64,000 nucleotides of DNA from the NCBI GenBank assembly GCA_013151865.1, contig JAADHN010000166.1:2792-66791 (forward strand). The letters are read 5' to 3'. The notes beneath the pieces are model-generated. The model saw only the letters and a list, made by a program, of their open reading frames with translations, was not told the DNA's origin and searched no databases. Shown here piece after piece: positions 1 to 7,446 of the stretch (its first letter is position 1; every line of letters starts with the position of its first letter). Source of the stretch: Kiritimatiellota bacterium. GTDB lineage: Bacteria > Verrucomicrobiota > Lentisphaeria > Oligosphaerales > JAADHN01. The position numbers were made by a program, and so were the translations under genes.

Positions 1-644
1 AACTGACCGAAAGTGTACCGTTTTGCCGGTAAGGGCAGAACTCGGTTCGAGGCAACCTCGGGCAATCGCTCGTAGGGCAACACTTGGTTCAGTGTTTTCC
101 CAATCAATGGGATTTCTACGACTGCCGGCAGTCGCGGCTTGTCAAGCTCTAGGATGAACAACCAAGGTTTGCATGGACACCAGAGCCCGAGGAGTCGCCT
201 GACCGAGCACCGGGTGTGGCGAGATGTCAACTTGTCTTCAAAGTAAAATCCATTATAAAACTGACGGAACTTGGCGTCGATGGGTATCACCGCAGGCCAT
301 CCTTGATCGTCTTCTTGTTTCTTTTCGGACATTCGTGCCACCAGCGAACCCAACAAGGAAATATGCGCAAATGGCATAGGACTGGCCTTTATAAACTTTT
401 CCAGTTCTTCCCTGTCGGCAACCCCGACGGCCCACCAAGGCGGAACCGCCAAAAGGCTCTCTGTTTCGTACGGCTGGGTGCGCAGCCGTGTTGTTAATTC
501 CTTGAGAGCATCCGCGGCGCGTCCACAAGAACGAATATCCAGATGCTTGCTGTCGGTATTCCAATCTTCCGGGTAGACCGCCACAACTTTATGAAGATCA
601 TGCGCTAACCTACGCGCGGCTTCGAGGACTGGATCTCGCGTCAT
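1..644 (-). CDS. hypothetical protein, C-terminus cut by the window edge (absent from the ORF track because no stop lies inside the window)
   Basis: Hand translation of the minus strand from ATG at 644..642 is open all the way to nt 1 (MTRDPVLEAARRLAHDLHKVVAVYPEDWNTDSKHLDIRSCGRAADALKEL...). GGAGG (revcomp of 651..655) lies 6 nt upstream of the ATG. No family recognised. Confidence 0.45.
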   Translation of the reverse strand, partial: MTRDPVLEAARRLAHDLHKVVAVYPEDWNTDSKHLDIRSCGRAADALKELTTRLRTQPYETESLLAVPPWWAVGVADREELEKFIKASPMPFAHISLLGSLVARMSEKKQEDDQGWPAVIPIDAKFRQFYNGFYFEDKLTSRHTRCSVRRLLGLWCPCKPWLFILELDKPRLPAVVEIPLIGKTLNQVLPYERLPEVASNRVLPLPAKRYTFGQ

Positions 645-902
645 GATAGACCTCCCGAATCATGGGACTACGACCTGATCCGAAACCCAACACTCAGCAA
701 TCCAGGAACTTGGCGCCCCCCTTTGCTGTCGCCGCAAGACGGGGCTGAGTCCCAGAGAATACCCGGGTCATTCTCTCCGAACTCCCGAAGCCCTTGGCCG
801 GGGATGCAGCTGCCGACTGCGAACACTGAACCAACAGACGGGATCGATTCCGGATTGGCGCTCCGTCGAATGCTTCGGGCGCGACTCGTCCCCGTCTCCG
901 GT

Positions 903-2528
903 TTAGGCATATTGGTCGTCCTCACCGTCTTGGCGACATTCCAATGGAGGATCATGGACTTCCGTATCGTCATCGTCTGACCAGTGGTAGAGATCGTCGA
1001 AGAACTCGGGATAGACCTCCCGAATGCGACAGTACAAACTCAACTGCCTGAGCAAGGTGGCACGGTTCACTCTACACGCGAGGCGTTTGTCGACGCCCCA
1101 GTCCGACCCGGTCGTTGTCCTAACGCTTGGGCAAAGGCCGCAAATCGGCAGGGCCCAGCATCTGAGGCATTCCTCCGCATTGCTATCATAGAATCGCCGA
1201 ACAATGTCAACTGAACGTTGAGGCTCGATACCAGTGAGTACATCACCGATGCACAGATCAACACACTGCGAGTTCGCCCGCTCGCAAGGAAAGAGCCGAC
1301 CGTCAACCGTCACAAAGAGTCGCTGTTCGCCGGGTAGGCAGCAACCGGGAGGACTCAGCGTTCCATTCGCCCAAAGGCCGACCTGAGCATTCCGCAGATG
1401 GATCAATCTCATATCCTTGAGCCCAAGGAAGGCCCCGGTAATGCCAAGACGTTTGTGTGCACTCGGATCGCCGTCCCGAAGGTGTGCAACTACCTCAAGC
1501 AGCTCCCGTTCGATGGAATTTCGCTGGCGACGCCAATTTTTCCAAGACTCTGGATCACCGACTTTTCCCTTCAAACCACCCGCTCGAATCCACGCCACGC
1601 TGACGGGGGCGGAGGAATCGGGCAGGAATTTGCAGTCGCGAAAGAAATCCAGTGCCGGCAACCAGGAATCGGGCGAAGCGACAGTGCAAGCAACCCGGAC
1701 ATGCTGGTCATACCATTCCTTGTCCAAAGAGCGTAGGGCCTGGAGCGTCCTGATCACCTTCTGAAACGTTCCGCCTCCATTTCGCGTGACCCGCTGCGCG
1801 TCATGGATATGTTCCGGTCCGTCCAGACTTACAGTGACATGAAATTGGTTTTCAATCAAGAATCTCATAATTCCTTTGCTCAGATTGACACCGTTGGTCG
1901 TGAGAGCGAAAACTACTGCCCGGTTCTGGAACAGATTCTTTGCATAGCCAACCAGTTCCTTTATGAGTTCGAACTCTAAAGTCGGTTCCCCTCCATAAAA
2001 AGAAAGAATCACAGATTCTTCCTCACCGGAATGGTCGGCAAAATAACAGACTGCACGTCGTCCAATGTCCCCGGACATTGATTGGGTGGAATGCGAAGGC
2101 CATTGTGGATATCGGTCGCCAAACACGCAATACGAGCAGCGGAGGTTGCAGCCTTCAGTGACACCCAAAATCAAGTGATTCACCCGGCGGGATAGAGCAC
2201 GCTCCGCATCGGCTACGGACAAGCCGGAATCGATGCTTACACTTTCCCTTGGAACGAACAGACCGTAATCGCGCCTTGTTTCCTCGATCCACAAACCGAG
2301 CGGAGTCGAACACGCTTGTGGATAATGAAGTGACAGTGCGCTTTCCATCGGCGCGTCGACTTGGCGGGATGGAGCCCTTTCGCAGGAGACCGAAGGGGGA
2401 ACTTGAACAATGTGGCCCGACGAGCCGTCAAAAAGATACGTTTGGCTGTCTGTAGAAAACAGCGCTACGGGCGACACGGGTTTTCTGAAGGGGTTCAAAA
2501 GTTTCCTCCGGTTATCATCTGAACTCAC
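903..2528 (-). CDS. radical SAM / SPASM-domain enzyme (anSME-like peptide or protein maturase)
   Basis: CxxxCxxC radical SAM motif in GVTEGCNLRCSYCVFG. C-terminal SPASM-type cysteines: CLPGEQRLFVTVDGRLFPC (C-x12-G-x4-C), CLRCWALPICGLC, then a late Cys in ACRVN. About 110-aa N-terminal extension before the core. The GTG start at 2528 overlaps the TGA stop of the upstream small ORF (GTGA). Confidence 0.85.
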   Translation of the reverse strand: MSSDDNRRKLLNPFRKPVSPVALFSTDSQTYLFDGSSGHIVQVPPSVSCERAPSRQVDAPMESALSLHYPQACSTPLGLWIEETRRDYGLFVPRESVSIDSGLSVADAERALSRRVNHLILGVTEGCNLRCSYCVFGDRYPQWPSHSTQSMSGDIGRRAVCYFADHSGEEESVILSFYGGEPTLEFELIKELVGYAKNLFQNRAVVFALTTNGVNLSKGIMRFLIENQFHVTVSLDGPEHIHDAQRVTRNGGGTFQKVIRTLQALRSLDKEWYDQHVRVACTVASPDSWLPALDFFRDCKFLPDSSAPVSVAWIRAGGLKGKVGDPESWKNWRRQRNSIERELLEVVAHLRDGDPSAHKRLGITGAFLGLKDMRLIHLRNAQVGLWANGTLSPPGCCLPGEQRLFVTVDGRLFPCERANSQCVDLCIGDVLTGIEPQRSVDIVRRFYDSNAEECLRCWALPICGLCPSVRTTTGSDWGVDKRLACRVNRATLLRQLSLYCRIREVYPEFFDDLYHWSDDDDTEVHDPPLECRQDGEDDQYA

Positions 2529-2806
2529 GCGATCAAGCTATCCTTCTGGGAATCCGTGGAGCCCCCAGTTATCATTTGAGTAGCCGCCTTGGCAGTGGCA
2601 AAAACACCGGTCTCCTTTACGCAAATGCAGCTGCACGACAAGCAGATTCCGCACCCACTATCACTGCAAAGTAATCTGCTGCGTGGGGAGGTTGGCACAA
2701 CAAGCGGTTCGTCTTTCTTACGGACGATCCCCTCCAGAACACTCAAAGGGATAAGCAGTGCAGTGGCCGAACTGCCGACAGTTCTCGCGAATTCACGCCT
2801 GGACAT
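2525..2806 (-). CDS. small Tat-signal protein with a six-cysteine cluster (candidate substrate/precursor of the adjacent radical SAM enzyme)
   Basis: The ATG at 2806 is preceded by GGAG (..CCGGAGACGGGCATG). The product starts MSRREFARTVGSSATALLIPLSVLEG, a twin-arginine signal pattern (SRREF plus hydrophobic stretch). The core is LLCSDSGCGICLSCSCICV, six Cys in 16 residues. The track ORF extends upstream to a GTG at 2914 (ATG also at 2872), so the start is uncertain. Its stop overlaps the start of the rSAM gene. Confidence 0.55.
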   Translation of the reverse strand: MSRREFARTVGSSATALLIPLSVLEGIVRKKDEPLVVPTSPRSRLLCSDSGCGICLSCSCICVKETGVFATAKAATQMITGGSTDSQKDSLIA

Positions 2807-2965
2807 GCCCGTCTCCGGCGCGGTATTTCGACCTTGTTCCCTTTGCTGTTGGCGACTTTTCTTGGCACTCATTCTCGGGCTCTCCTTTGTCGTGCTGGTC
2901 TGGGGCTCGGCCACATGTTCTGGAGCAAGTGCGTTTGTTCTGGTGCAGGCGTTTGCCGGTTCTCC

Positions 2966-4936
2966 TTAGTGCGCCTTCTCCACATTCACAATTACAGGCA
3001 ATTCCAAAGTGCGGGGTACGGGGCCATCGACGACAATCCGCACTTTTCCGGTGTGCCGACCAGGCGGCAGCGCGGTCGACAACACCGCCCGGATTTCATA
3101 CCACTCCCCGGAAAACCATCCGGTAGGCGTGGTCTTCAGGTGCTTTACTGAAACATCAAGATATTTGGGTTTTCCACGGAGCTGTAGATGAACAGGCCCG
3201 AAAGCGTGAAGTCTGACTGCCGCCCAAGGACGGCTCTTCTCCTGGGGTCTCCGGGAAGACGAATCAATCACAAGTTGGTCAGCCTCCAAACGCAAGGGAT
3301 GCTTGCGCCAAGCGCGGATTTGCATGAACCAGGCTTCCGGCGACCGCAAGTCGTCACGTCGAACTTTGCCGAAGGCCACGATCGCGGCCTCGGCCTCGTC
3401 AAACCGTCCAAGACTCACCAGCCAATTCGCCTTCTCCACCCACCGAACCAATTGCAGATCCTCCCCCGGGTCGCTGCCCTTGCAGTCGGGTATACTGTCC
3501 AGCGTAGCCAACGCTTTATCGTGTCGCCCCAGTTTCCAGAGCAGGCCCGCTTCACGGTGCAGAAACGTCGCGTACTCCGGCGTGCCCGGTCCAACGACAC
3601 GGGCCGCCTCCCGAGTGAGTTTCAGTGCCCCCGTGAAGTCCCCCCGAGCCCGGAGAACATCGAAGGCGAGGTCGGCTTTGGCAATGGCCGCCAGACGACG
3701 GCAGCCGGAATACTGCGAGATGACCAGCCGATAAACAGTTTCCGCCTTTTTCAGACATCCTTCGTCGACCCACTTTCCCTCGTGAGCCCATGAATAAGCA
3801 ATTTTGAGCCAAGCGGTCGCACAAATCTCGGCATCTCCGGGGAAGTCCTTAATAACTTCTTGGGCGATCTGCCGGGTGCGCTCGTAATCCTGGGTTTCCA
3901 AAGCAAGATGCGCGGCATGCAGTCGCAGGCGTGCGCCCTGCCATGGGGCGAGTTGTGGCGATTTGGCCGCCGACAGAAGAGTGCCGACAGCTTTTCCTTT
4001 TTTCCCGCGCCGCTGCAAGATGTCCGCGTATGTGCGTGCTGCCCGATAAACAGCATTTGCGTCCTCAGCGCTGTCAAGGGCGAGTTTTGCCAAGCGCTGT
4101 GCGCCGTCAAGAATGCCGCGTTCGTTCAGCATCTCCGCGGCCACGCGTGCGACATCCGTCCGCACCGGGCTTTTTCCGTCACATTCGCTGATCTCGGTAC
4201 ACGTCTCGATCGCCTCGACGTATTCGGACTCGTCCCAATTCTCTTGATGCGCATACAGCCTGAGCAGCACCTTCACCCCTTCCTCCCAGGAAGCGGTGCC
4301 GCGGAAGTCGGAACCCAGTCTCTGGAGTGAGGCGATTGCGCGCTTCTTTTGGCCAAGTCGGATCCGGCAATAAGCACTTCGCAATAGCGCCTCAGACGCG
4401 ATCTCAGGGTCATGGTCCAGGCCGCCTGCGCGGTCAAACCAATCCGCGGCTTCCGCGTACTGCTTCCTCTTCAATGCTTCGTATGCGAGTCTTCGGAAAA
4501 TCGGTTGCGCCTGAGGGGAAGTGCCGTAGTCTGCCAAAAGTCGCTCGCGCAGCTTGTTCGCTCGCGCGTCATCCCCTTTTTCCCGCCAATATCGCTCCAA
4601 ACGAGCCAAAGCCATGGGGGCGAAAACGGTTTGTCCATAATCATCGACTACCTGGGTGAACGCCTGGATCGCCGACCCATCTTTGCCTGACCTCAGTCGT
4701 GTTTCTCCCAACCGGTAAAGCGCGCGTGCCGCCTGCTGTTTGTCCCGCCCGCGGAAGGCGTTGTGCGCGTCTGTGAATACCTGCTCCCAAGTGGCGGACT
4801 GGGGTCCGGCCTGCCCGACAGCGCTCTGCTTGGCGGCGACGGCAGTCTGGATCCAGCACGCCGACCAACAAGTCACTACAAGGAAGAAGCGAAGGAATAA
4901 ATGTGTCGGTCGGCCGAACACCGAATGCCTCCCCAC
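2966..4936 (-). CDS. secreted TPR-repeat protein with C-terminal beta-sandwich-like domain
   Basis: N-terminal signal-like segment (LFLRFFLVVTCWSACWIQTAVAA). Repeated TPR-like helical stretches (ARALYRLGETRLRSGKDGSAIQAF.., YAEAADWFDRAGG.., AVYRAARTYADILQRRGKKGKA..). Same strand as, and 51 nt upstream of, the longest form of the small Cys ORF. Confidence 0.7.
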   Translation of the reverse strand: MGRHSVFGRPTHLFLRFFLVVTCWSACWIQTAVAAKQSAVGQAGPQSATWEQVFTDAHNAFRGRDKQQAARALYRLGETRLRSGKDGSAIQAFTQVVDDYGQTVFAPMALARLERYWREKGDDARANKLRERLLADYGTSPQAQPIFRRLAYEALKRKQYAEAADWFDRAGGLDHDPEIASEALLRSAYCRIRLGQKKRAIASLQRLGSDFRGTASWEEGVKVLLRLYAHQENWDESEYVEAIETCTEISECDGKSPVRTDVARVAAEMLNERGILDGAQRLAKLALDSAEDANAVYRAARTYADILQRRGKKGKAVGTLLSAAKSPQLAPWQGARLRLHAAHLALETQDYERTRQIAQEVIKDFPGDAEICATAWLKIAYSWAHEGKWVDEGCLKKAETVYRLVISQYSGCRRLAAIAKADLAFDVLRARGDFTGALKLTREAARVVGPGTPEYATFLHREAGLLWKLGRHDKALATLDSIPDCKGSDPGEDLQLVRWVEKANWLVSLGRFDEAEAAIVAFGKVRRDDLRSPEAWFMQIRAWRKHPLRLEADQLVIDSSSRRPQEKSRPWAAVRLHAFGPVHLQLRGKPKYLDVSVKHLKTTPTGWFSGEWYEIRAVLSTALPPGRHTGKVRIVVDGPVPRTLELPVIVNVEKAH

Positions 4937-5345
4937 CGTACCAGATGCGGCTTCGATGTTCGCGCTTCGTCCGCGTGCCGAACGCGCCGGGAGGCAATCG
5001 CGCTATTGGGCAAACCGAATCCGGTCAGGTGTCGGGAATGAAGAATAACGCGGGAAAGCAGGCTGAAGAATCAGCCTGTACAAGACGTGGGGGGGGAGGC
5101 AGCAAAAGATTGGTCCCACTCCCAGGAAAGTGGAAGAATATCGATGTTCCCCGTACTCCGCACTGTTCATCGAAGGCCCCTCTCGCCGACCTCAACCAAG
5201 GCCCGGACATGCAGGTCATAAGGAGCAGCTTCGGCCGCTGTTTGGGTACATTAAGACTTCAATTACAACTTTGTCAAGTGCTCCAACCGATTCTCTACAG
5301 TGAAGGGCCATTTTCGGGGGGCTCTGAGCACGGATTTTGTCGTTG

Positions 5346-5442
5346 AATGACTGGGGAGAATGACTGGAATGACTGGGGACGGGCTTTTTGTAATGACTGG
5401 AATGACTGGAATGACTGGATGACTGGGGACGGGCTTTTTGTA
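5346..5442. repeat. tandem array of the 9-nt unit AATGACTGG (7 copies), nested in a duplicated higher-order unit
   Basis: Units at 5346-5354, 5359-5367, 5368-5376, 5392-5400, 5401-5409, 5410-5418 and 5419-5426 (the last lacks its first A). The 22-nt string GACTGGGGACGGGCTTTTTGTA is exactly duplicated at 5371-5392 and 5421-5442. Confidence 0.9.
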
Positions 5443-5771
5443 GTTGACTTTCGGCAGGGGGCGGGTATGGTATGAGACTTGCCGACCGAACGAGCCGGCG
5501 CGCCGCTCCCAAGGCAAGGCAAGCTCGCCGGATCGGCGCTCCATCCCGGTGCAAGGCCGGGGGCGGCGGACACGGCTCACGAGGCCGTTTTCCCTCCAGA
5601 ACGACGCGGAATGCGCAAGGGGCGGGGTGCAGACGGACAAGAAGGAACAAAATGCCGAAGTGGCCTTCGGCGGCCCCAGGGAAGACAAATGCCGGACTGG
5701 TCCGCCTTCGTTTGCATAACTTCGGCGAGACAAGCTGACCGGCGGCCCCAGGGGCGGAAAGGAACGGTGCA

Positions 5772-6737
5772 ATGCGGAGTGCCAGAATACGATACGACCG
5801 GGAGTTGTGCTATTATCACCTCCTGAACCGAGTGGCGGGCGAGCGGAGTTTTTTTCCGTTCGGCGATGTAGAAAAAGAACAGTTCTTCCGTTTGGCCTTG
5901 CACCTGACGAAGCTGTACACGGTCGAGCTGCTGTCGCTGGTGGTGATGTCGAATCATTATCATATTGTCTGCGCGGCGCCGACGGCGCCGCCCGGCAAGG
6001 AAGAGATTCAGCGGCGCTGGCGGGCGTACTACGGCGAAAAGAAGATCATCGAACCGAACTGGGACGATCCGGATGTGGTTGCTGCGTGGGGAGCACGGAT
6101 GCGGGACATTGCGTGCTTCCTCAAAGACCTGCAGCAGCGGTATACGTCGTGGTTTAACCGGACGCGCCCGACGCGGCGTCGGGGTACGCTGTGGGCGGAC
6201 CGGTACAAGAACGTGATCCTGGAAGGCGAAACGGCGTTGTGGGACTGCATTCGATATGTGGAAATGAACCCGGTGCGCGCGAGGATTTGCGCGGACCCCG
6301 CGGAATACAGGTTTTCGACTTGGGGCCGATTCGCGGGGAGCGGCCGCCACCCGTTCCGGGCGAACGTGGTCCGGCACTTACGGCGATATCTCGGGGAACG
6401 TGCACGGGGTTGGACGGGGACGCGAGTGCTGGCGGAATTGAACGCGGATATGGCCCGGGTTGCGGCCTCGGAGCGCGGGGAGACGGAAGAAACCTTTGCG
6501 GCGGAAGGGGCGGGGCGCAAGGCCCCGGCGTTCGTGCTGACGGTGCGGCGCCGGGTGCGATACTGGTCGGACGGCGCGATCATCGGATCGAAGCTGTTTG
6601 TTCGGAACCTGGGGGCGGAATTGATCAATCGGGAGCGTGCGCCGAAAAAGCGGTTGGCGCGATCGCGGTCGCCGGGCGGGGGCGGTACTCTCGGGGGGCT
6701 GTACTCGTGGCGGCTCCTGCGGGTGGATGTGCAGTGA
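5772..6737 (+). CDS. IS200/IS605-family Y1 (HUH) transposase-like protein, REP-associated tyrosine transposase (RayT)-like
   Basis: YHLLNRV.., an HUH motif in VVMSNHYHIVCAAP, and a conserved C-terminal Tyr context WDCIRYVEMNPVRARI typical of Y1 transposase-like proteins. No terminal inverted repeats of a classical IS seen. Confidence 0.8.
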   Translation: MRSARIRYDRELCYYHLLNRVAGERSFFPFGDVEKEQFFRLALHLTKLYTVELLSLVVMSNHYHIVCAAPTAPPGKEEIQRRWRAYYGEKKIIEPNWDDPDVVAAWGARMRDIACFLKDLQQRYTSWFNRTRPTRRRGTLWADRYKNVILEGETALWDCIRYVEMNPVRARICADPAEYRFSTWGRFAGSGRHPFRANVVRHLRRYLGERARGWTGTRVLAELNADMARVAASERGETEETFAAEGAGRKAPAFVLTVRRRVRYWSDGAIIGSKLFVRNLGAELINRERAPKKRLARSRSPGGGGTLGGLYSWRLLRVDVQ

Positions 6738-6976
6738 CCCGAAACCCGCCGCAAAGGCCGCATGCGGCAAGAGAGGTCTTGTTGCACTGGAAGGTGGTCG
6801 ATACGGATAGGGATCCGATCTCGACATCAATGGGGCCTGGACGCAATTGATCGCCGGGCGGGAGCGCCTCCCGCATTGGAGGCAGGATCCCATGGGAAAG
6901 GCGCCGGGGGTTTTATCGTTTGACAGACGGTATGTATGATTTCGGCTCTGCGGCGCGTCGCCCTCCAGGAGGCACG

Positions 6977-7004
6977 GCTCTCCCGCTCAGCGGAATCGTC
7001 CGCC
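6977..7004. repeat. REP-like GC-rich hairpin repeat, copy 1 (GCTCTCCCGCTCAGCGGAATCGTCCGCC)
   Basis: Imperfect palindrome CCGCT/C/AGCGG. It shares the core GCTCTCCCGC-N3-4-GCGG(G)A with copies at 12927, 13031 and 24770. The tail CGGAATCGTCCGCCAA recurs as CGGGATCGTCCGCCAA at 7141-7156. Confidence 0.45.
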
Positions 7005-7078
7005 AATACGGCGCGGCGGGCCCGGACGTTCCGCAGTTCTCTTTCTGCGTCCGCTGCGTTTGCCGGGGTTCAGTTTAT

Positions 7079-7107
7079 ATCCGCGTTCATTCGTGTTCAT
7101 CCGCGGT
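7079..7107 (+). repeat. 29-nt intergenic motif built from three phased ~10-mers, copy A (ATCCGCGTTCATTCGTGTTCATCCGCGGT)
   Basis: 25/29 identical to 25305-25333. Related, with a 2-nt insertion, to 15839-15872. Internal decamer periodicity: CCGCGTTCAT / TCGTGTTCAT / CCGCGGTTCG. Confidence 0.6.
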
Positions 7108-7446
7108 TCGACATGCCGACTGGAACGCGGTCCGGCCAAACGGGATCGTCCGCCAAAGCCGAGTTCAGCGCCGAGGGCTGGGGATTGCAGCGCTATCTGC
7201 GAGCGCGTTACGCCGCGGATCCCGTGTCGCCGCGCGCGGCCGGACCAAGCGGCGTGGCCCGCGCGGTAGAGTATCACCGGCACTGACCGCCGAATGCGTG
7301 TGGGAGAATGCTCTGGAGCGGGAATGTCCCGCAACACCGGTTGCACTTGCAGAGAACGTCCCCGCGGTTACCTTTTCCGATCGGGGCGCCGTTGTCGGGA
7401 TCCGCGAAAGATATGGGCAATCGAGTCAAGAGAGGGAAAGCGACTG

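Noticed and set aside
216-564. Track ORFs 216-497 (+) and 253-564 (-)
   Set aside because: Both overlap a longer minus-strand frame (1-644) that has a GGAGG-ATG start and non-repetitive sequence. That frame is missing from the track only because its stop lies outside the window.
2807-2914. N-terminal 36-codon extension of the small Cys-rich ORF (GTG at 2914, ATG at 2872)
   Set aside because: The extension is highly polar (KKSRQQQREQGRN) and would bury the twin-arginine motif 37 residues into the protein. ATG 2806 has a GGAG upstream and puts SRREF at the N-terminus. The longer form is not excluded.
5059-5078. Perfect 8-bp hairpin CAGGCTGA-AGAA-TCAGCCTG as an intrinsic terminator
   Set aside because: No U-tract follows on the + strand. 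On the - strand it lies upstream of the TPR gene start, with no gene ending nearby.
5346-5442. Possible CRISPR array
   Set aside because: The units are 9 nt and directly abutting or separated by the same 15-nt filler. There are no unique spacers, no 25-40-nt repeats and no cas genes.
5216-5772. Minus-strand ORFs crossing the tandem array (translations with IPVIPVI / HSSHSSH)
   Set aside because: Their periodic sequence only reflects the 9-nt DNA repeat. The rest is Arg/Pro-rich, and there is no start context.
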